From NCBI GenBank assembly GCA_045106895.1, contig JBGCFM010000276.1, positions 1-20,871 on the forward strand: a DNA stretch of 20,871 bases, given 5' to 3'. Source of the stretch: Polyangiales bacterium (lineage in GTDB: Bacteria; Myxococcota_A; Polyangia; Polyangiales; Houyiibacteriaceae). Below the pieces are notes generated by a model. The model was not told where the DNA came from. It saw only the letters and a program-made list of their open reading frames with translations, and ran no database searches. Position numbers and translations under genes: made by a program. Each line of letters opens with the position of its first letter. Position 1 is the first letter of the stretch. Positions 15,659 through 20,871 of the stretch are shown here, in pieces.

Positions 15659-18600
15659 ATGAACGAGCGCTACGAGTACCGCGAAGGCAAGTCCGCGAAG
15701 TTTTGGGCCGTGAGCGTGGACGGGACCGCCGTCACGACGAACTGGGGCCGCATCGGGACCGACGGGCAGTCCAAAGAAAAGGATTACGCAGACGACGCGG
15801 CGGCGCTCAAGGACGCGAAGAAGGTCGCGGCGAGCAAGGTGAAGAAGGGCTACGTGCTCTGCGGCGCGGCGCCCAAGAAGAAGGCTGCTGCGAAGAAAGC
15901 TGCGCCCAAGAAGGCCGCTACGAAGAAAACTGCGGCGACGAAAGCGGCTCCCAAGAAAGCCACGACGAGGAAGTCTACTCCGAAGAAGGCCGCGGCGAGA
16001 GGCGCGCCGGAGGTAGACCTCAGCGAGCTGGAAGAGGTTCCAGCAGGATGGGGCTACGGCCAGCCAGGCGTACCCCCGCTGCCGGCGTTCGACCTGGAGG
16101 AGCTTCGCCAGGAGGCGCTGTCCCAGCTGAAGATGAAAGAGCTGAAGAAGCTGAAGCCTGGTAAGTCGTTGGCGAAGAAGAACTACGCCGACTGGCGTTA
16201 TACCGGCACGCTTCAGGGCGACCAAGCGACGAGCGATGAGCTGCTAGCGTTCGTCACCGGCAAGAGCGACGAACTCAGCGAAGACGGCCAAGTCGGCCTG
16301 CTGCACTACGGCCAGAGTTGGTATGCGCCGCCCATCGCCGTGATGCGCTATCACATGGCGCGCTTTGGGACGATGGCGTCGTTCAGGAGCCTCTGCCGCT
16401 TCGCCAAGTACCACTACGACTACAAGAGCCACAGCTTGATGCACCGGGGCGACTACGAGGTGAAGCTCGGTGAGTGCACGGGTCGCTTTAGCCAAGAACT
16501 ATTCGAACTCCGACATGCCGTCGCGCTCTTCAAGGCCAAGGAGTACAAGGCCGCTCGGGACTTTGCCGCCGCCGAGTGGGACAAGATTCATCCTCTCCTT
16601 CGGCCCGGCGTCGCCTTCGTGTTGAACGACGCGGACCTCGCCGAGGCGGCGCTCGAGACCTCGCCGGAGATCTACTACTGGAACCACCATTTCTGCCCAG
16701 GGGTCGCCACGGCGGAGCCGGAGGTGGCCATCAAGTACGTCGCGCGGGTGCCGGGGAACTTTTTGGCATTTGCGCCCGCCGTGATCCGCCAGTGGGGACA
16801 CCGGTGCATCCCGCTCTTGACCAAGGTCGCCACGGGCGTTCGCCGTAAGGGGTACACCTACGGTGACAAGGCCGTCTGTCGGGCCCTGGCCGCCACGCCT
16901 GACGCGTTGATGATGAGCGCGTCGGTGGAGTTTCTGCGTTTCAAAGACGAGCAGAAGTTCATCGCGTCGCAGTTCGAGAAGCGGCCGGACATCGGCGGTG
17001 AAGCGGTCATCCTGGCGCTGCAGAGCACCAACCCCGCCGTCCGCGCGAGCGCCCGCAGCGTGGCGTCGCTCACAAACGCCAAGGACGCGCTCTTGCCGAC
17101 TGGAAAGGCCGCGTCGAAGAAGGCGCTCCCGGCGTTTCTCGTGACTCCGCCATGGAGCGCAGGGAAGGGCGCGCTCAAGTTCAAGCCGCAGAATGTCGAG
17201 ATGCTCCCGCACAAAGCGAAGTTTGTTCCGCCCGCGGGTCCCAAGAATCGGAACCTCTGGCCCAAGGGTCAGAAGAAGGTCCTCGAGCGCCTGGAGCGCG
17301 GCTACTACCATGTGGGCGCCTTCTCTTTGACGCAGCTCACTGCGGCGCAGTTCGATGAGCACGTCATGGCCAACCCGGACCGCGTCGCCGGCTGGGACGT
17401 GGGCCCGCTCATCGAGAAGTTCGGCGAAGAACGAGTGCTCGCGTTCACCATGAAGCGCTCCGCGACCGACGCGCTGTCTGTGTTCGAGAAGTCGGGGCTG
17501 GCCATCGCCGCGCCCAAGGTCGCCGAAGCCTATGGACTCAAGACCTTGCGCGATCGCGCTCGCGCGTGGCTCGGCAAGTACCCCAAGGCCGCCGTCATCG
17601 GGCTGACGCCGCAGCTCTTTGTGAAGTCCAAGAAGCGCGTGGCCCTCGCCGTCAGTGCGCTTTGTGCCGTGGGCGCCGCGGGACACACGAAGATCATTCA
17701 GGCCGTCGCCAAGCAATACGGCGGCGACGCGGAGAAGGCGCTCAACGCCCTGGCGGAGCTGGAAGAGCTCGACATCGTCCCGGCGAAGATCCCAAGGCTC
17801 TCCTCGCACTTCTCTCTGACGAGCCTCGACCCGCCGCGTCTCAAAAAGGGCAACGCGTATTTCGGCGAAGAGGCGCTCCAGAACTTCTGCACGATGCTCG
17901 CGTTCTCGACCTACGAAGAAGAGTACCCCGGCATCGCCATCGCCGCGGAGATGTGCACTCCCGAGTCTCTTGAGGCCTTCGCCCACTCCGCCTTTGAGAC
18001 CTGGCTCGCCCAAGGCGCCGACGGGAAGTCTAGCTGGGCGATGCTGAGCCTCGGGTGGTTCGCCGGCGATGACGCCGTTCGCCGGCTGACGCCGCTGATT
18101 CGCAAGTGGCCCGGCGAAGGCGGGGCGAAACGCGCGCAGCTGGGCCTTGATGTTCTCGCGAAGATCGGTACAGACGCGGCGCTCTCCAACGTCTACAGCA
18201 TCTCCCAGAAGCTCAAGTACAAGAGCGTGGAGGCGCGGGCCACGGAGGTGGTGCAAGAGATCGCCGATGGCCTCGGGCTCACGCCGGAAGAGCTCGGCGA
18301 CCGCGTGGTTCCTGACTTTGGACTCGATGAAAACGGCACGACGTGGATCGATTTCGGGCCGCGGAAGTTCCAGGTGCGGATGGACGAGACGCTGACGCCG
18401 GTGGTATTTGATGAAACGGGCAAGCGCCTGAAGACCTTGCCGAAGCCGGGCAAGTCGGACGACGCGGACGTGGCGAAGGAAGAGAAGAAACGTTTCGGGG
18501 CGCTGAAAAAGGACCTGCGTTCGGTGTCGAAACAACAGGTGCAGCGCCTGGAGCTTGCCATGTGCGGCGGGCGAAGCTGGGAGGCGGATTCGTTCCAGCA

Positions 18601-19210
18601 GTACTTCGTCGATCACCCGCTCATCGTGAGCTTGGTGCGGCGCCTCGTGTTCGCTTGCGTGCCCCCAAAGAAGAAGAAGGCGACGTTCTTCACCGTGGAC
18701 GAGTCTCGACAGCCAATCGACGCCAAGGGCGACGCCGTGACGCTTTCGGGTCAGGTAACGCTCGTACACGCCATCGACTGGCCGGAGAAGAAGCGCGCGG
18801 AGTGGGGCGAGTACTTCGCCGACTTCGAGCTCCTGCAGCCCTTTGAGCAGTTGGCGCGCCAGACCTACGACGTCGCAGACTACAAGGTGAAGAAGAATAA
18901 GATCGTGGACCTCGGAATGAAGATGCCAGCGCCGAGGTGGGTCTTCGGCATCGAGAAGCGCGGGTGGTCGCGCTACGACATCATCGACGGCGGCGGCTTC
19001 TATGCGCATGAGCGCATGAGCCCAGACGGGGTCACGGCGATCATCAACTTCGAGGGCGCCGTGGCCGTGAGCTACATCGAAGAGAAGGAGCCGGTGGATG
19101 TTCGCGACATCGTCTTCAGCAAAGATGGGAAGGAGCTGGCTCCAAAGAACGTGGAGGCGCGCTTTGTGTCGGAGGTGTTGCGCGATGTGGAAGCGCTGCG
19201 GCCAGATTGA
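15659..19210 (+). CDS. WGR-domain / DUF4132 protein (MolR/YehF-YehI-like)
   Basis: ATG 15659 gives YEYREGKSAKFW..VTTNWGRIGTDGQ..KVKKGY (WGR). A Lys/Ala linker follows, and the C-terminus has LTPEELGDRVVPDFGLD, RLELAMCGGRSW, HPL..LVRRLV and LLQPFEQLAR (DUF4132-like). Confidence 0.9.
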   Translation: MNERYEYREGKSAKFWAVSVDGTAVTTNWGRIGTDGQSKEKDYADDAAALKDAKKVAASKVKKGYVLCGAAPKKKAAAKKAAPKKAATKKTAATKAAPKKATTRKSTPKKAAARGAPEVDLSELEEVPAGWGYGQPGVPPLPAFDLEELRQEALSQLKMKELKKLKPGKSLAKKNYADWRYTGTLQGDQATSDELLAFVTGKSDELSEDGQVGLLHYGQSWYAPPIAVMRYHMARFGTMASFRSLCRFAKYHYDYKSHSLMHRGDYEVKLGECTGRFSQELFELRHAVALFKAKEYKAARDFAAAEWDKIHPLLRPGVAFVLNDADLAEAALETSPEIYYWNHHFCPGVATAEPEVAIKYVARVPGNFLAFAPAVIRQWGHRCIPLLTKVATGVRRKGYTYGDKAVCRALAATPDALMMSASVEFLRFKDEQKFIASQFEKRPDIGGEAVILALQSTNPAVRASARSVASLTNAKDALLPTGKAASKKALPAFLVTPPWSAGKGALKFKPQNVEMLPHKAKFVPPAGPKNRNLWPKGQKKVLERLERGYYHVGAFSLTQLTAAQFDEHVMANPDRVAGWDVGPLIEKFGEERVLAFTMKRSATDALSVFEKSGLAIAAPKVAEAYGLKTLRDRARAWLGKYPKAAVIGLTPQLFVKSKKRVALAVSALCAVGAAGHTKIIQAVAKQYGGDAEKALNALAELEELDIVPAKIPRLSSHFSLTSLDPPRLKKGNAYFGEEALQNFCTMLAFSTYEEEYPGIAIAAEMCTPESLEAFAHSAFETWLAQGADGKSSWAMLSLGWFAGDDAVRRLTPLIRKWPGEGGAKRAQLGLDVLAKIGTDAALSNVYSISQKLKYKSVEARATEVVQEIADGLGLTPEELGDRVVPDFGLDENGTTWIDFGPRKFQVRMDETLTPVVFDETGKRLKTLPKPGKSDDADVAKEEKKRFGALKKDLRSVSKQQVQRLELAMCGGRSWEADSFQQYFVDHPLIVSLVRRLVFACVPPKKKKATFFTVDESRQPIDAKGDAVTLSGQVTLVHAIDWPEKKRAEWGEYFADFELLQPFEQLARQTYDVADYKVKKNKIVDLGMKMPAPRWVFGIEKRGWSRYDIIDGGGFYAHERMSPDGVTAIINFEGAVAVSYIEEKEPVDVRDIVFSKDGKELAPKNVEARFVSEVLRDVEALRPD
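15865..16000 (+). repeat. Histone H1-like Lys/Ala pentapeptide repeat (15-bp period)
   Basis: AAPKK KAAAKK AAPKK AATKK TAATK AAPKK ATTRK STPKK AAAR. Confidence 0.85.
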
Positions 19211-19249
19211 TATGCCTACACGAACGTTCGCCGGATTGGCAGCATCAAC

Positions 19250-19273
19250 GTGGAGCGCTTAGAAGCGCTCCAC
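19250..19273. terminator. Perfect hairpin between convergent genes (possible terminator)
   Basis: GTGGAGCGCTT-AG-AAGCGCTCCAC (11-bp arms). There is no clear U-tract on either side. Confidence 0.55.
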
Positions 19274-19295
19274 ACGTATGCCGCGTTTGAGCAGA

Positions 19296-20030
19296 TCAAG
19301 GGCGGTCAGGTAGACTGGGCGTGAAGGTCACCAAACCCCCGCCGACCCGTGGCTCCGGCAAGTTGCCGACCGAACGCCAGGCGCTCGCGTCGTCACTCCG
19401 CCAGACATCGCTTGTGGGCACATCACTCTCATCGCCCGCGGCGTACACGATGAACCCCTGGTGACGAATCAGGCGTCCATTGTCGCGCGGGGCGGGCATC
19501 GGCCCGAGGACCGTCCAGGTCAACCCGTCCGGGCTCTCCAAAATACCGTCGCAAGGCTCGGACCCACCGGCGAGAAGAAGGCGGTCCCTGTCCACGATGA
19601 CGCTCCCGCCATAGCAAGGGCTTGGCAGAACGTCCGGCCACTCTGTCCACGCTGCGCCGTCGTTCGTCACCCAGACGTCGTCGTGCTCTTCGGGCTGCCC
19701 GCACCCGGACACATGATGCCACTGCAATCGCGGGTGATCACCACCGTGACGTTCGTTCGTTGGTCCTCCGCCAAGAAGACGGAGGCGGTCCGTGAGATCA
19801 GTTCCACCGTCACGAAGGAGCACGACTTCGATCGTTTGTTCGCCCGCATCGGTCGACGCGATCTCTGCGATGCGCGCACCGCGAAAGTAGTCGATCAACG
19901 TGGAGTAGTTGTGGTCGTAGCACGTGCGAAGGTCACCCTCGCCCACGTTGACCTGTACGCCGCTGAAGTCACGCCGATGAAGTCCGTTCGCACGTTCGCG
20001 ATGGACAACAACGTTGACGAAAGGGGGCAA
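19296..20030 (-). pseudogene. Degraded gene for a secreted protein with Kelch-like C-terminal repeats
   Basis: Coding-like segments alternate between two frames: NVRTDFIG (frame A), DFSGVQV..DYFRGARIAEI..IEVVLLRDGG (B), ELISRTASV..VTVVITRDCSGIMCPGAGSP (A), then about three Kelch-like blades DVWVTNDG..W / LLAGG..ESPDG.TW..MPAPR / SDVWRSDD..W..LPEPR (B). Confidence 0.55.
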
Positions 20031-20247
20031 TCCCCGACACGGAGCCCGTTGGCAGGACGGAGGTCACGACCTCGGACCGGCCAGGTGGCCCGGCGGCTGG
20101 CTACACGGGACAAGGAAGCGCGCCGCTCCAGGCTCGTCAGCGATGGCGTCAAACTGCGAATTTCTCCTCAATTTGTAGGGCAATTGGCCAAATGACGGCA
20201 TCCCGTCATTTTCGTAGCCCTTCGCGCCCGTGATGATGAACAGACCC

Positions 20248-20871
20248 ATGAAACCTTCACTTCGTCTCTCCACGGCTCTTGTCCTCCTCGCCGGGTGTTC
20301 TCTCATCAACGACGCCGATGAGTTCCGTGCGCTAGATGGCAGCGCAGACGGCGGGGTCGACGGCAACGTCGATGCCGGACCTCCCCCTTGCACGATGGAT
20401 GAAGAGTGTGACGGCTTCATGAACGCGGCGCCGCTTTGCGACACGGAGAGCGGAGACTGTGTTCTCGGAATGTGCGCCACCAACTTTGGGGACTGCGATG
20501 AAGACGCGGCGACGGGCTGCGAGACGGCTGTCACCACGCCCGCGAACTGCGGTTCCTGCGGAGCGTCCTGCGGGAGCGATTCGCCCCTATGCGAAATGGG
20601 AGAGTGCGTCGCGACGTGCAGCGATGGATTGTTCGAGTGTGACGGCGCCTGCGTGGACGTAGACGTGAGTAGCGCCCACTGCGGCATGTGCGGCAACGCC
20701 TGCGAGGTCCCGGGCGGCGCGCTGATGGCGACCTGCGAGGCTGGCGTGTGTGGCTTTGAGTGCAACGCCGGACGAGAGAACTGTGATGGCGAAGCCACCA
20801 ACGGATGTGAAGTGGACACCAGCAGTAGCGCTGCGAACTGCGGCATGTGCGGAGTCATGTGCGCGGCGGAC
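20248..20871 (+). CDS. Cys-rich repeat lipoprotein (myxobacterial CGxCGxxC repeats), truncated by the window edge
   Basis: Not in the ORF track because it has no stop. MKPSLRLSTALVLLAGC (lipobox), DGGVDG linker, then DCDEDAATGCE..ANCGSCGASC, CDGACVD..AHCGMCGNAC and NCDGEATNGCE..ANCGMCGVMC. In-frame GTG 20230 is an alternative start. Confidence 0.88.
   Translation, partial: MKPSLRLSTALVLLAGCSLINDADEFRALDGSADGGVDGNVDAGPPPCTMDEECDGFMNAAPLCDTESGDCVLGMCATNFGDCDEDAATGCETAVTTPANCGSCGASCGSDSPLCEMGECVATCSDGLFECDGACVDVDVSSAHCGMCGNACEVPGGALMATCEAGVCGFECNAGRENCDGEATNGCEVDTSSSAANCGMCGVMCAAD

Noticed and set aside
15644..15659. TGGCACG resembling a sigma54 -24 box
   Set aside because: The -12 position reads CC, not GC, and the start codon follows immediately.
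14986..16164. 392-aa plus-strand ORF
   Set aside because: Antisense to the membrane-protein gene, then out of frame within the WGR gene; no recognisable features.
16499..19009. 836-aa minus-strand ORF
   Set aside because: Antisense shadow of the WGR/DUF4132 gene, a common artefact of high-GC codon bias; no motifs.
20064..20858. 264-aa minus-strand ORF
   Set aside because: Antisense shadow of the Cys-rich lipoprotein (PQ/PH pattern mirrors CG codons).
1..20871. tRNA, rRNA or other known ncRNA genes
   Set aside because: No cloverleaf, rRNA, SRP or tmRNA signature recognised in the intergenic gaps by eye; a covariance-model scan would be needed to exclude them.

Overview
GC-rich bacterial DNA, very likely Myxococcota (Polyangiales/Sandaracinaceae-like), inferred from a MYXO-CTERM tail, Cys-rich and FG-GAP lipoproteins, and a WGR/DUF4132 protein. 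The left edge is the start of an IS3-family element. The core (5208-14358) is a divergent nine-gene sulfur-oxidation-like cluster. Minus arm: Tat-lipoprotein HiPIP, DUF442-type sulfurtransferase, a sterol-desaturase/tandem-rhodanese fusion, a GH113-like glycosidase, a SorT-SorU-like sulfite dehydrogenase/cytochrome c fusion and an AtsA/RNase Z-like MBL hydrolase. Plus arm: ETHE1-type persulfide dioxygenase, a rhodanese fused to a carbonic-anhydrase-like (CVDGR..H..GCG) domain, and a membrane rhodanese. The cluster has three sigma54 -24/-12 motifs (two back-to-back) and helically phased TGAAAC(A) repeats that may be activator sites. No SQR or regulator is visible in the window. The flanks encode secreted and lipoproteins, two probable frameshifted pseudogenes and an orphan WGR-DUF4132 protein. 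All family calls come from motif recognition, not database searches.
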